Assembly: GCF_963921235.1 (NCBI RefSeq)
Contig: NC_086108.1
Span: forward strand, 52,826,001 to 52,890,000
DNA from: Mobula hypostoma
Lineage: Eukaryota
Reading direction: 5' to 3'
Length of the DNA: 64,000 bases
The notes beneath the pieces are model-generated. The model was not told where the DNA came from, did no database searches, and was given only the letters and a program-made list of their open reading frames with translations. A program made the translations under genes and the position numbers. Positions 38,480 to 51,680 of the stretch are shown here, piece by piece; position 1 is the stretch's first letter; each line of letters starts with the position of its first letter.

Positions 38480-39220
38480 GGAAGACTTTGATAGTATTCA
38501 GGCATGAGCTGATAAATGACAGGTAAGATTTTTGTGACATAATTGCCTGCCAATGATCGTCTCCAATAGGATAGAGTCCAAGCAGTTAACCATGACATTC
38601 AATGCTCCTGGCATCACTATGATCTCAACATCAACATTTGTGAGGCACCATTGACCAAACATATTCTGTTTTGGAGGCTGGTTATCCTTTGCTGGTGCCA
38701 CTTATGCTCTGATTGCCCAAAGCCTTTTGACCAATGTGCTGGGAACAAGCCGGGAACATGATGGGAATTTATCCACATACATGTAGTTACTCCAGACCCC
38801 AAGAAGCTCAACATCATCCAGCACAAAGTGGCCTAATTGACTGCCACACTTGCACCATCTTAAACATTCATTTTTGCCAGCACGGGTTCAACTTGACCGC
38901 AGTATGTACGATATAGAACATACACCGCAGCAACTCACACTGTTTCTTCAGCAGTCCTCTCCAGACTTGTGATCTCCAGCCCAAAGGGGTTGAGAACAGC
39001 TGGCATATCGAACACTATCATCTCCAAGTCTCATGCTACTTTGACAGGGCAACATCCTGCTACTCCTTCATCATCACTAAGCCACAATGCTGAAATGCCC
39101 TATTTCAATAGAAGAACTGTTGTGGTTGTAAGCACTATCTTTTCAACAGCATTTAGGGAATGGTCAATAAATTGTGCACCTATAAATGATGCCCATCTCC
39201 TGTAAATTAAATTTAAAAAA
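38480..39220 (+). mobile_element. Ancient CR1/L2-group LINE 3' fragment
   Basis: Colinear similarity to 10800-10920 plus 17270-17864, including the tail. Confidence 0.6.
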
Positions 39221-42200
39221 ATAGAAGGGTTCATTTACCCACTGAGTCACCGAAGGGAGATGAGAAAAAAAGGGGACAGAAAGAATGTTTAAGATTGTGC
39301 TGGTATATTCACGGCCAATGAGTTATGACTCCCTTATGCTGATAAAAGAGTGGCTGTAACACACATCAGTGCAAGAATATTAGACTTCAATTCTACCTTT
39401 TCAAGAAAAATCCATTAAATGGGATCACCCATATTCCTGTAATTTTTGATTGCAAAATCTGTATTATTGAATTGTAGACAGGTTAATGATAACAGCAAGA
39501 ATAAAACTAAATAAACTGTGAAAATCAGCACTACCACTATGTGAATATCTTTTCTGAAATTATTTGCAAATTTTTTCCTTTCAGGATGGTCATTAATTTC
39601 TTGTTGGCATTGAACAATGTAGTTTTTTCTACCTGGCGCACTTAAATTATGTTAACCTGTCATGACAAATTCTGATATTTTGACTGTTAATATGTTAGAA
39701 ACAAAAATTATTTATACATATATTTTGCAGTTGACCAGCTTGTATTTGATCACTACTGCTGGAAATGAAAGCAGAAACCACGAAATTTACATGTCAACTC
39801 TTGATGTATTTCTAGATTATAAGATGATCGGAAACACGAAAAATAATTTGCATCAAACTATGGCTATCGTAATGCTGCTGACAGGCGCTCTTGATATTCC
39901 CCTCTTGGTTTTTGATACATTTCAAGCGATTTCAATCTATTGACAAGCCCAGCCATTAAACACACTCAGTGCAGACAGCAAGAAGAATTTCTAAAGGTTA
40001 TTTTTCCTTCACTCACCATTGCACACATACACTCTGTAGGATCAGGAGTGAATCATATTTAGAATCTGCATGCATTATGATAAGCTACATGGCATTCATC
40101 AACCCTGTTTAGTTATGGTTAGGCTGAGAGGTAAAAGATGCAATCTAGACTCTGCATGGGGTCTGAAATAGAGATGTGTGGAGCTGCAATAAATTATTCA
40201 CGTCTTACAAGGAAGGAGAAAAATTTCTTTTCAGCTGTATAAAATGACAATTTACCATTGAAGGTGGAAGGAATGCCATCATTTTTTGTTCAATTACAAA
40301 GGCAAATATTTATTATTTATAAGTACTAATCTTGTAGAGGCTTAATGTTATTTATAAACCTGTTGCACGGTGATTTTCAATGTAACTCATTATTTTTAGC
40401 CTGAGGGTGTTGTAAAAGAGCAGGGATATATTTAATGACACCGGGCTAGTCAGCGCAATTACAGTGTAATCATTATGTAAAATGTGCTATTAATTAAACC
40501 AAATTCTTTGTGGTACGTGGTTGTCTGCTGAGGCTTTAATCTTGATCTCCTGTAATCTTCCTTACTGTTTTTCACCTGTTACTTTCTGTTGTCAGTTAGC
40601 AAATGAGATATTTCAGAAGGGCCAAAATTATTCAATATCCAGTCACCTCTTTTAAAATTAAATAGCCATATATTGTTCACCAGTTTTTGGATTTTCTTTG
40701 AGATAGATATCAGGCACAGCTTTGCGGTAAGGGATTAGAAAAGTCAAATTATTTCCCCCTTGGCTTCTAATATTGAAAAATACTACTGATGAAATGTAAA
40801 TAAATAGATAAATAAATAGCTGAAGCATTAGCACAGAACAGCACTAGAGGGGGAGAAAAAGAGACGAGCAGGAAAAAAAAGTTAAGCAGAGGTAGAACTA
40901 GTTTTGAAAACTGTGGATTGCAAGTAGCGTTTAAGACTGAGATGGATGAATATAGAAAGCAGTTACATGGTTGTAATGAAAGAATAAGTTAGAATACAAT
41001 GCATTGTAATCATTTTGATCTCAACACAAGAGAAGATGCAAAAAATTAGGTGTTTGGAACAACAAATGAAGACAGAGAAATTCAAAAACTGTTTATCTTA
41101 ACCCCCACCCCCCAGAGCAAAACATGATGGACATCATTCAGTGTTTCAGTGTCAGGGTGAAGGGGACGATATCATAACAATACAACATACAACAATGTGT
41201 ATATGCTGTCCACAACATATAGCATTGCGAGGGAATTTAAACCACATTGTCTCAGGTGTGACTATCGTGAGTCACTGTGGTCTATTGACAATCTTGTCCT
41301 CCTAGTGCACTGTCAGGTGGATCAATTTTATCATTTTATTATGTGAATTCTGACCGCTGCCCTCTACACCAATATTACTGTCCCACCACCCCACGTCCAG
41401 CACTGCTCAGTTTCTGACAGCTCCTTCACAAGGCTCTGACAAACCTGCACCCTCTCACCCTGATCTGTTGCCCTTCCCAATCCCGAACAAAACCATGTAT
41501 CATTCTGCTGGCATCCTGCTTTCGTCCCCATCAACCATTCATCACAGCATTGGTATCCTAATCCCACCCTCACCCTCCACATAAAACTGTATGCTGGTAT
41601 CTCTACTCCCACTCCAAATGACTGTTCCTTTAGTCCTGTATGCAAATGAACATCAGTGTAACTGGGATTTATAGTGGGTGGCGGGGGGGTGCAATAGAGA
41701 CTGTCAGGAAATGTAGAAGACTCTTGACCCCAAAGCAGAACAACGGAGATGATTTAGTGGTGAGCACTAATTTTAATAATAAACCACAAAATAACTAGCA
41801 CAAAACAGATGAGACCAGATATTGAACTCACTGGCAATAAGGTAACTGAAGAATAGGAGCAACTAGTTGAGGCTGGCTGGTTCAATGAGCGATCACAGGA
41901 CTGTTGGACGAGAGCAAGGTTTAAATAGGCTGCAGGTGATGAGTGGGAAACATGGCAGATGACTCCTGTTAGCTGTGCAGGCCTGACAGGACAACAGCCC
42001 CCTCCACTCCATGGCTTGGCCCTGATGGCACAGGAAGATCCTGATAGATCCAATGGAACTCCTCGAAGAGTGACGGATTTAAGATGTAACTGGACGGCAC
42101 CCAAGATCTCTCCTCCTGCCTTTGAGGTACTGCACACCCTGTCCACAACAATGTGAATCCATTGACTGGCGAACTGTGTACACTGGACCACCTTGTACCA

Positions 42201-43413
42201 GAGTTCCAGAGGTGCAGGCTCAGGTGGGTTGAATGGTCTGTGGACAATAGGCTTCAGGCAGGACATGTGGAAGGTAACTGTGATATTGAGGGATGGTGGC
42301 AGCTGGAGTGACTGGATTGATCCGATAGGTAATCTTGAAGGGGCTAATGAACTAGGGTGAGAGCTTGTGGGAGTTGGTGTGGAGGGGCAGAACTCAGGTG
42401 GACAGCCAGACATGATCTGCAGGCTGGAGTAGACTGGCTGAGCACCTCCCGCAGTTGGCCTGTTGCCAGCTAAGATGTCCCTCCATGCCCTCGTCCAAGC
42501 ACTCCAGCAGCAGTGAACCAGGTCCCTGGCGGACAGGATCTTCACTGTTGGCACCTCCACAGGGAAAAATGGGGACGCCTGTCTGTTTGGAGGCCAGAGT
42601 CATGAGGCTTTTGAGGTCGGTGGGCATCTCCCAGTTAGACAGCTTGTCTTTCAGGCACTCTGAGAGGCCAGCAGTGCTTCTGCATTACTGCGGCACTCTG
42701 TTGTTAGGCTCCTGAATTCCATGGTGTAGTCCAGCACCGAGTGTGTGCAAGCCTTGACGAGGGCAAAGTATCCAATCTGCTTCCCCCTTCCACTTCCCGG
42801 ATGGTCGAAAACCTGGCGCGTCTCAGTGGTGAATTCCTCAGTTTTTTATTGCAAATGGTTGTTTTATTATCCCAGTTAGCAGCAGCCCAGGTCAACGATT
42901 GCCCAGTCAAGAGAGCGATGGCGAAGGCAAACTTGGCTCGGTCCATGGAATGCAGAAGTAACTGGAACTCGAAATGTAAGATGCACTGGAACAGGAAATT
43001 GCAGCATCAGGCTGGGGGTCCACCGAGCGTTCGGCACCGGAATCTGGGACTCAGAGGGAAGAGGTTGATTGCTGCATCGAGACAGAGAGTTGGTTGAGAG
43101 TGGTGAGCAGGTGGTCAATGGTTTCCTACTGCTTCTGGATTGTGTACTCATGTCAACAGACAAGCAAACATCACTGGGTCTATGGAGGGTTCACCTATCC
43201 TGTCAGGAAATGCAGAGGAGATTCGACCCAAAAGCAGAGCAACAGAGATGATTTAGCAGTGACAGATAACTTTAATAATGAACTGCAAAATAACAAGCCA
43301 CAAGGGGACACAAGACAAGAGAGAACAGTTACTAAACTCAGAGGCAATGAGGTAGCTGAAGACTAGGAGCAGTTGGCTGAGGCTGGCTGGTTCGATGGGT
43401 GAACAAGGATTTC

Positions 43414-43540
43414 TGTCTGTCTGTCTGTATCTTGTTTTATGGCGGTTGGCATCCAGCTTAATGGAGCATTACCGCCACCCTCTGCTCCAGAATGTGCACT
43501 AAACATACATTCTAAATCCCTTCACCCAATCGCGCGCGTG

Positions 43541-43606
<66 letters not shown>

Positions 43607-44087
43607 CAAACCTACACTTCACCCTCCCATCTTTGACCATCCTAGTATCCTATTCCTGTTTATTCGTCATATTCTATAAAAAAACCCCTGTACCCCTTAA
43701 AAACGCTAAAAATACCCAGACTTGTGCTCTCTCACCCATGCCCAGCAACCCTTTTAATGTGAATTCCTGCATCCCCAACTCCCTTAATTTATTTCTCATC
43801 ATCTCTCTCTGTATCCCATACTTCCTGCAACTCAGAACTACATGTTCTACTGACTCCTCTTCCTGACATTCCTCATACAATCCTGTCTGGTGTTTCCCTA
43901 TCATTTTCAATGTTTTGTTTAATGCACAGTGCCCCAGCCTTAACCTAGTCCACACAATTTCCTCTCTTCTGTTTCCACTACCTACCCTAGTACCTGCAAC
44001 ACTCTTTTGTATTTGATATAAATGCCTCCCTTTCCCCTCCCTGTCCCATCTTTCTTGCCACATTTGGTTGACTTTTTCCCAGATTAC
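43414..44087 (-). mobile_element. Nimb/I-group LINE 3' fragment
   Basis: Perfect TSD GAACAAGGATTTC (43401-43413 and 44088-44100). ORF 43674-44093 carries WQERWD...TRLRLGH...ESVEHVVLSC. 3' motif GGTGGCGGTAATGC...GCCAACCGCC and a (CAGA)n tail. Confidence 0.85.
43531..43608. repeat. Compound (CG)n(CA)n(TA)n microsatellite
   Basis: Unbroken alternating purine-pyrimidine tract of ~78 bp, read directly. Confidence 0.97.
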
Positions 44088-44285
44088 GAACAAGGATTTC
44101 GGATGAGAGCTGGGTTTAAATAGGCTGCAGGTGATGAATTGGATACAAGCGGCAGGTGACTCCTATTAGCTGGGTGGAGACTGGGAGGAGACTGCATGTG
44201 CAGGCCTGCCAGATCTGCCATCTATTTGTGTGTGCTGCAATTTCTAGGCTCAAAGAGTGAAGAAGCAAAGACCACAAAGTTTCAA

Positions 44286-45226
44286 TGAAGTACGACACAA
44301 AGCTGGGCGGCAGTGTTAGCTGTGAGGAGGATGCTAAGAGCATGCAGGGTGACTTGGATAGGTTGGGTGAATGGGCAAATTCATGGCAGATGCAATTTAA
44401 TGTGGATAAATGTGAGGTTATCCACTTCGGTGGCAAAAACAGGAAAACAGATTATTATCTGAATGGTGGCCGATTAGGAAAAGGGGAGGTGCAACGAGAC
44501 CTGGGTGTCATTATACATCAGTCATTGAAAGTGGGCATGCAGGTACAGCAGGCGGTGAAAAAGGCGAATGGTATGCTGGCATTCATAGCAAGAGGATTCG
44601 AGTACAGGAGCAGGGAGGTACTGCTGCAGTTGTACAAGGCCTTGGTGAGACCACACCTGGAGTATTGTGTGCAGTTTTGGTCCCCTAATCTGAGGAAAGA
44701 CATCCTTGCCATAGAGGGAGTACAAAGAAGGTTCACCAGATTGATTCCTGGGATGGCAGGACTTTCATATGATGAAAGACTGGAACGACTAGGCTTATAC
44801 TCGTTGGAATTTAGAAGATTGAGGGGGGATCTTAATGAAACATATAAAATCCTAAAGGGATTGGACAGGCTAGATGCAGGAAGATTGTTCCCGATGTTGG
44901 GGAAGTCCAGAACGAGGGGTCACAGTTTGAAGATAAAGGGGAAGCCTTTTAGGACCGAGATGAGGAAAAACTTCTTCACACAGAGAGTGATAAATCTGTG
45001 GAATTCTCTGCCACAGGAACTAGTTGAGGCCAGTTCATTGGCTATATTTAAGAGGGAGTTAGATATGGCCCTTGTGGCTAAAGGGATCAGGGGGTATGGA
45101 GGGAAGGCTGGTACAGGGTTCTTAGTTGGATGATCAGCCATGATCATACTGAATGGTGGTGCAGGCTTGAAGGGCCGAATGGCCTACTCCTGCACCTATT
45201 TTCTATGTTTTCTATTTTCTATGTTT
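44286..45226 (+). mobile_element. Young CR1 3' fragment with open RT C-terminal frame
   Basis: 282-aa ORF 44285-45133 (DTKLGG, WQMQFNVDKC, LVRPHLEYCVQFWSP) and a TTCTATG tail. Confidence 0.93.
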
Positions 45227-45894
45227 TACATGAAAAGCTATCACGGCCTTAAAGGTTTGAGCAAGAGATGAGATAATAATCACCTGCATATGACGTATCA
45301 TTTCTGGTGTTCTAGCCAGCAATATGAGAAATACTAGATCAATATGTAAGAACTTTGAAACATTAAATACAGGCCCAAAAAGCACCATTACCATTTGAGG
45401 TAGATTAATCAAACAAAGCAAATGGTTCCCAGATTCAGGAGTTGATACATTTTTATTGTCCCTACGATTGTTTAATCTGCTGGGGAGAGAGATGGAAAGA
45501 ATACAGCAGGAAGGTTGGGTGGTGCAGTTGTGTGACACATTTCTTCACTTTCAATACCAATATTTAAATCCAGGACATACTGATGGGGATGAAGTTGCCT
45601 TTGCGTGATAGCCATGAGGATTCAATACAAAATTAATTTTCTGATCTGCATGGGCTGATGGCATGTAACTCACCTAGCTGAAGTGATAATACCTGTACTG
45701 CCAATCTTATCAGGGAAACCCCAAGATGGCTGGTAGTGAGATACAGAGAAATGTAACATTGGTAGGCATTATGGTATGGCATAGAAGCAATGTTTTTCTT
45801 TTACATAGTAGTTATTCCTGGCTTGATATCACATACCATTTCATATTATCTCCTTTACCATTAGCAAAGGAATGGTCCCAAAAAAAAGGGAAAT

Positions 45895-46034
45895 ATTGGA
45901 GGGTTAGAAGGTTAATTAGTCATTGTAAATTGACCTGTGATTGGGCCAGGGTAAAATCGAGGGTTGCAGGGCAGTGCAGCTCAAAGGGCAGGAAGTGCCT
46001 ACTCTGCACTCTATCTCTACGTACTTAAATAAAT
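45895..46034 (+). mobile_element. V-SINE 3' fragment
   Basis: GGTTAATTAGTCATTGTAAATTG...TATCTC...TAAATAAAT resembles the 3' half of the SINE at 33804. Confidence 0.65.
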
Positions 46035-46607
46035 TTGAAAAATATTGAATGATTACCTTCCAGCCTTGTTCTACCACCATCTACCACTTAAATCTCTGGC
46101 ATGATTATTTCTGACCCCTAAAATTAATTGAGCTGATTTACTTAATATTCAATCATTCTTATATTTCCACAAATGAAATGTTGCCATCCAATGATAACTT
46201 CTAATTCATTTGCTAATTGTAACTCATTAAGTGTTTATTGTCATTACCATTCTTACTTAACAACCCTGTCCTCATTCCTAAAGGAACTTTCTGCAATTTA
46301 TTTTTGAGGGAGTTCATCAGAACAGTAAGACAATTTTGAATAACTTCTAAAAATGCTGACGGCTATGGAGCAATTAGGTAAAAGAAATGTGGATGGAAAT
46401 GCATTTTCCTCTGTTGTTGGTCTATGATAGAAAATAATCATCTCAGTGTTTCTTAGCACAGAAGTACTCACATCTGTCTTGCAGATTTAATAAATTGGGG
46501 AGAATTCCTGATTGTGGAAATCTTACATGATCTCTAAAGATAGGTTTTTGATGGGCTGACCAGTGTTCATAAATTTATTACTTAAAATAAAAGATGCTAC
46601 CAGAGTA

Positions 46608-46746
46608 GGCATCACTGAAGGGAAAAATTAAACTTCTTCAGGGTAGGCATCCCTGATGAAGGGTCTCAACCCAAAATACTGACTATTTACTCTTTTCCAT
46701 AGATGCTGCCTGGCCTGCTGAGTTCCTTCAGCATTTTGTCTGTGTG
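46608..46746 (+). mobile_element. PLE-derived mini-insertion with decayed hammerhead
   Basis: Perfect TSD GCTACCAGAGTA (46596-46607 and 46747-46758). CTGATGAAGGGTCTCAACCCAAAA is followed by the PLE terminus AGATGCTGCCTGGCCTGCTGAGTTCC. Confidence 0.82.
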
Positions 46747-46889
46747 GCTACCAGAGTATTCAGCCAAAGATAACTGCAGCACACACTAATATAACAGTAG
46801 TTTGATCATGGATCTTGATGGGAACAGATCAAGATTTGGAGAATTTACACTGAGCACCATGTAGGCAACTCCAGGTCTCAAATTCTACT

Positions 46890-47147
46890 ATTTTATTGAT
46901 TTATTTAGACAAGCAGTATGGTAATATGCTCTTCTGACCCAATGAGCCCATGCCACCAAAATGGCACCCATATAACCAATTAACATAATAACCTACATGT
47001 CTTTGTAGTGTTGAAAGAAACCAGCGCACCTGGCGGAAACTCACACAGTCACAGGAAGAATGTACAAATTCCATCCAGACAGCAGTGGAGATTGAACAAG
47101 GCTGCTGGTACTGTAATAGCGAATCACTATGCCATCATGCTGTCCCA
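46890..47147 (-). mobile_element. V-SINE, decayed
   Basis: GTCTTTG...GAAACCAGCGCACCTGGCGGAAACTCACACAGTCACAGGAAGAATGTACAAATTCC is the reverse V domain. Confidence 0.8.
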
Positions 47148-48206
47148 ATGAACTTAATACAATATCTGTCATTTTATCCTATTGTACTGATGCCTCCTTT
47201 CAATATCCGTCATAAGATCGAAATAGAAATTGTGTGTGTGTGTATATATATATTACTCACTGTTTCTTGCATAAGGTCTGGAGAAGTATGTTCTACAGTT
47301 GATATTATATGCACCACAAAACTTTTATTTCTTGAAACCAGTTACAGTATTCTATTAGCCTGCACTGGGTCATGTGATAGTGAGAGGCAATGTCAACCTA
47401 TATCTTCACTCTTGATTGCAATCTAATGTGATGCTACTTTGGTTTGACTATCTCAGGAGTTCTCTTGCTTGAGCAACAGGAGCAGACCGTGAGTGTAATC
47501 CATAAAACTGTCCAGTATAAAAAATATCTCCTTGAGGAGGGAAGCAGACTTTTGAAGAAAGAGAAGTAGAAAACAGGTGTTTTTGTATCATTTCAAAAAA
47601 AATAATTCTGACATGGTTGAATTTTGGAAACTGAGGTATTAAACCATAGCAGTCCCATTCACGTGTTGGGCTTTGGTGGCCATACCACCAGGGCAACCAG
47701 GTCATGGAGAAGAGGTGCTATAAATCAGAGCAACATGCTAAAATGAAGAGGAGGGAAGAGTGGCAGAAAGGCTCTGAGTTGGAGGCTATATTAACAATGG
47801 ATTTCTTGGTAACCCTTGCCTTGAGAGCAGAGCTTGTGAACACTCTGCTTCTCTGCGACAGTCCTCAAGCTCTAGCCTTATGCTGCAATCACCTCAACTT
47901 CAGAGCAAGGCCAGAAGTGCTTTGTTAGGGGCTGTCAAAATAACAGCTTTATTGAATTTTTATGCCTTTGGCTCTTTGAATCTAGTATTGGAAAACATAA
48001 GTTCAGGTTAAAACCATAGTGAATTAAGTGGGTAGACGAGTTATTTACTCAAGCCTTCCCCACCATACAATAAGTGATATTTTACACTTGTATCACTTTC
48101 CTGTGCTAACCCAAATCTTTTAATATCTGAAAACCCATTGATCCTTTCCTTGAATATACTTGGTGCTGGACACTCCACATGGGGTAGCCTAAGATTCACT
48201 GCCCAC

Positions 48207-48609
48207 TGTCCTGTGGGGGAGGGGGGGGCATGGCTTATTCTGATTGTCAAAAATCGCTTTGTCGTGATTGGTTAGTTTAGAAACTGCAGCTACAGCTGCT
48301 TTTCCCATTGGTTAGCTGCCTGGTGTCCAGTTTCAAATATCCTGGGTATAAAATAGCATGAGTAAGAGGCTTGTTCTCTCTTCCTTTGTTTATAGCAATG
48401 TGGTGCACATAACCATTGGAAAGGTATGCTCTGTGCGTGCTTTTAGTTAAGTATGTTTTTTGAATATTCAGCTTTGTAGTGTCTGTAACTAGGGAAAATG
48501 AATGTTTGGTCGAATATTTTCTGTTTGTAAATAAATGATTAATATACTTATTCGCAGTCAATGTCTTCTGTCTCATGTGCCAAACCCGCAAACCTGATTC
48601 AACGTTACA
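48207..48609 (+). mobile_element. Solo LTR inserted in an old CR1 3' remnant
   Basis: TGT...ACA ends with 5-bp TSD CCCAC (48202-48206 and 48610-48614). Two ATTGG boxes, TATAAAA at 48347-48353, AATAAA at 48530-48535. Confidence 0.8.
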
Positions 48610-48963
48610 CCCACTGGGTGAATATTTTTATTCTCATCTTTATCTGGAAGTGACAAAACTCTTTATTTGTCTAAGACTGTGATTGCTAGTTTCAAACACC
48701 CAATCCAGGAGAAAATATCATCTCAACATCCATTCTTTCCCTTGACAGCAAATATCACTACACTCTCTAAGAAGGGAGGGAGGCAGAAGAAAGAAAATTA
48801 TAGACCAGTTAGCCCAATTTCAGTGGTTAGAAAGATTTTGGAGTCCATTATTAAGGATGAGGTTTTGGGGTACTTGGAGGCACATGATAAAATAGGCCAA
48901 AGTCAGCAGGGTTTCCTTAAGGGGAAATCTTGCCTGACAAATCAGTCGGAAATCTTTGAGGAA

Positions 48964-51680
48964 TGTCTGGTGAGTGTGCTAGGCTTTAGATGTTTCAAAA
49001 AGAACAGAGAGGGAGGCAAAAGAGGTGGGGCATGACATTGCAAATTAGGGAAAGTGTCACAGCTGCAGAAAATGAAGAAGTCATGGAGGGATGGTCTACT
49101 GAGACAGTGTGGGTGGAAGTCAGAAACAGGAAAGGAGCAATAACTTTACTGGGTGTTTTTATAGATCCCCCAATAGGAACAGGGATATCGAGGAACAGAT
49201 TGGAGGGCAGATTCTGAAATGGTGCAATAATAATCGGGTTGTTGTGATGGGAGATTTTAACTTTCCTAATATTGATTGGCATCTCCTTAGTGCAAGGGGT
49301 TTAGATGGAGTGGAGTTTGTAAGGTGTGTTCAGGAAGGTTTCCTGACGCAATGTGTAGATAAGCCAACTAGAGGAGAGGCTGTACTTGATCTGGTATTGG
49401 GAAATGAACCTATACAGGTGTCAGATCTCTTGGTGGGAGAGCATTTTGGAGGCAATGACCATAACTTTATTTCCTTCACCATAGCGCTGGAGAGGGTTAG
49501 GAGCAGACAATTTGGAAAAACACTTAATTCGGGTAGGGGGAAATATGATACTATTAGGCAGGGACTTGGGAGCCAATGTTTTCAGGGAAATGCACGACAG
49601 AAATATGGTAAATGTTCAGGGAACATTTGCATGGTGTTCTGCATAGGTATGTTCCATTGAGGCAGGGAAAGGATGGTAGGGTAAAAGAATCATAGCGTAC
49701 AAAGCATGTAGAAAATCTAGTTAAGAAGAAAGGTAAAGCTTATGCAAGGCTCAAGAAACTTGGTACTGTTAAAAAATTATAAGGGTGCTCGGAAGGAGCT
49801 TAAGAATGGAATTAGGAGAGCTAGAAGGGGCATGAGAAGGCCTTGGTGAGCAGGATTAAGGAAAACCCCAAGGCATTCTACAAGTATGTGAAGAGCAAGA
49901 GGATGAGCTGTGTGAGAATAGGACCAATCAGGTGTGATAGTGAAACCGTGTGCCTGGAGATGGAAGAGTTAGCAGAGGTACTTAATGAATACTTTGCTAC
50001 AGAAATCACCAAGGAAAAAGACCTTGGCAATTGTGGGGATGACTTACAGCAGAATGAAAAACTTGAGCATATAGACATTAAGAAAGAGGATGTGCTGGAG
50101 CTTTTAAAAAGCATTAAATTAGAAAAGTCACCCTGACTGGATGAGATGTACCCCAGGCTACTGTGAGAAGTGAGGGAGGAGATTGCTGAGCTTCTTGCCT
50201 TGATCTTTGCATCATCAATAGGGACAAGAGAAGTACCAGAGGATTGGAAGGTGCAAATATTTTTCCCTTGATCAAGAAAGGGAGTAGAGATAACCCAGGA
50301 AATTACAGACCAGTGACTCTGACTTCAGTGGCGGGCAAGTTGTTAGAGAAGATCCTGAGAGGCAGAATTTATGAACAATTGGAAAGGCATATTATGATTA
50401 GGAATAGTCAGTGTCGCTTTGTCAAGGGCAGGTCGTACCTTACAAGCCTGATTGAATTCTTTGAGGATGTAACAAAACACATGGATGAAGGTAGAGCAGT
50501 GGATGTAGTGTATATGGATTTCAGTAAGGCATCTGATAAGGTTCCCCATGCAAGGCTCCTTCAGAAAGTAAGGAGGTATGAGATCCAAGGAGACCTTGCT
50601 TTGTGGATCCAGAATTGGCTTGTCCACAGAAGACAAGGGGTGGTTGTAGATGGTTGTAGGTGGTTGCATGGAGGTCGGTGACCAGTGGTGTTCCGCACAG
50701 GAATCTGTTTTGGGACCACTGCTCTTTGTGATTTTTAGAAATGACCTGGATGAAGAAGTAGAGGGGTGGGTTAGTAAGTTTGGTGATGACACAAAGGTTG
50801 GGGGTGTTGTGGATAGCCTGGAGGGTTGTCAGAGGTTACAGCTGGACATCGATAGGATGCACAACTAGGCTGAGAAGTGGGAGATGGACTTCAACCCAGA
50901 TAAGTGTGAAGTGGTTCATTTTGATAAATCCAATTTGAAGACAGCATATAATATAAACAGTAAGACTCTTGGCAGTGTGGAGGATATGAGAGATCTTGGG
51001 GTCCGTGTTGATAAGACACTCAAAGCTGCTGCACAGGTTGACAGTGTTGTTAATAAGGCATATGGTGTGTTGGCATTCATCAACCGTGGGACTGAGTTCA
51101 AGAGGCATGAGGTAATGTTACAGCTATATAAGACCTTTTTCAGACCCCACTTGGAGTACTGTGTTCAGTTCTGGTCACCTCACCATAGGAAGGATGTGGA
51201 TACTATAGAGAGAGAGTGCAGAGGAGATTTACATGGATTTTGCCTGGATTGGAGGGCGTACCTTATGAGAATAGGTTGAGTGAACTTGGCCTCTTTTCCT
51301 TGGAGTGATGGAGGATGAGAGGTGACCTGACAAAGGTGTATAAGATGATGAGAGGCATTGATCATGTGGATAGCCAGAGGCTTTTTCCCTGGGCTGAAAT
51401 GGCTTACATGAGGGGGCATAGTTTTAAGGTGCTTGAAAATAGGTTCCGAGGGTACATTTTTCACACAGAGAGGGATGGGTGTGAGGAATTCACTGTTGGC
51501 GGCAGAGGATACAATAGGGTCTTTTAAGAGCCTCTTAGATAGGTACATGGAGCTTAGAAAAATAGAGGGCTATACACTAGGGAAATTCTAGGCAGTCTCT
51601 AGAGTAGGTTACATGGTTGGCACTATATTGTGGGCCGAAGGGCCTGCAATGTGGTGTAGATTTCTATGTTCTATGTTCTA
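48964..51680 (+). mobile_element. CR1 (second subfamily), APE to tail
   Basis: YRSPN, VMGDFNFPNIDW, NYRPVTLTS, VYMDFSKASDKVPH, KFGDDTK, and a (TTCTATG)n tail. Confidence 0.92.

Larger units (their letters stand above)
41702..44211 (-). mobile_element. Sushi-like Ty3/gypsy chromovirus, internally deleted; LTRs 41702-41988 and 43201-44211 (second LTR split by an insertion)
   Basis: Two diverged TGTCAGG...CCTG(A/C)CA repeats. Gag fragment AKFAFAIALLTGQSLTWAAANW. Integrase C-terminal LQLPPSLNITVTFHMSCLKP. Chromodomain EERSWVPSSYILNPSLFEEFH. Purine tract next to 41989. Confidence 0.85.

Noticed and set aside
41754..42560. 268-aa ORF as an intact or domesticated gene
   Set aside because: Only a short stretch matches the integrase C-terminus, and the chromodomain is in another frame. 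It is a frameshifted relic.
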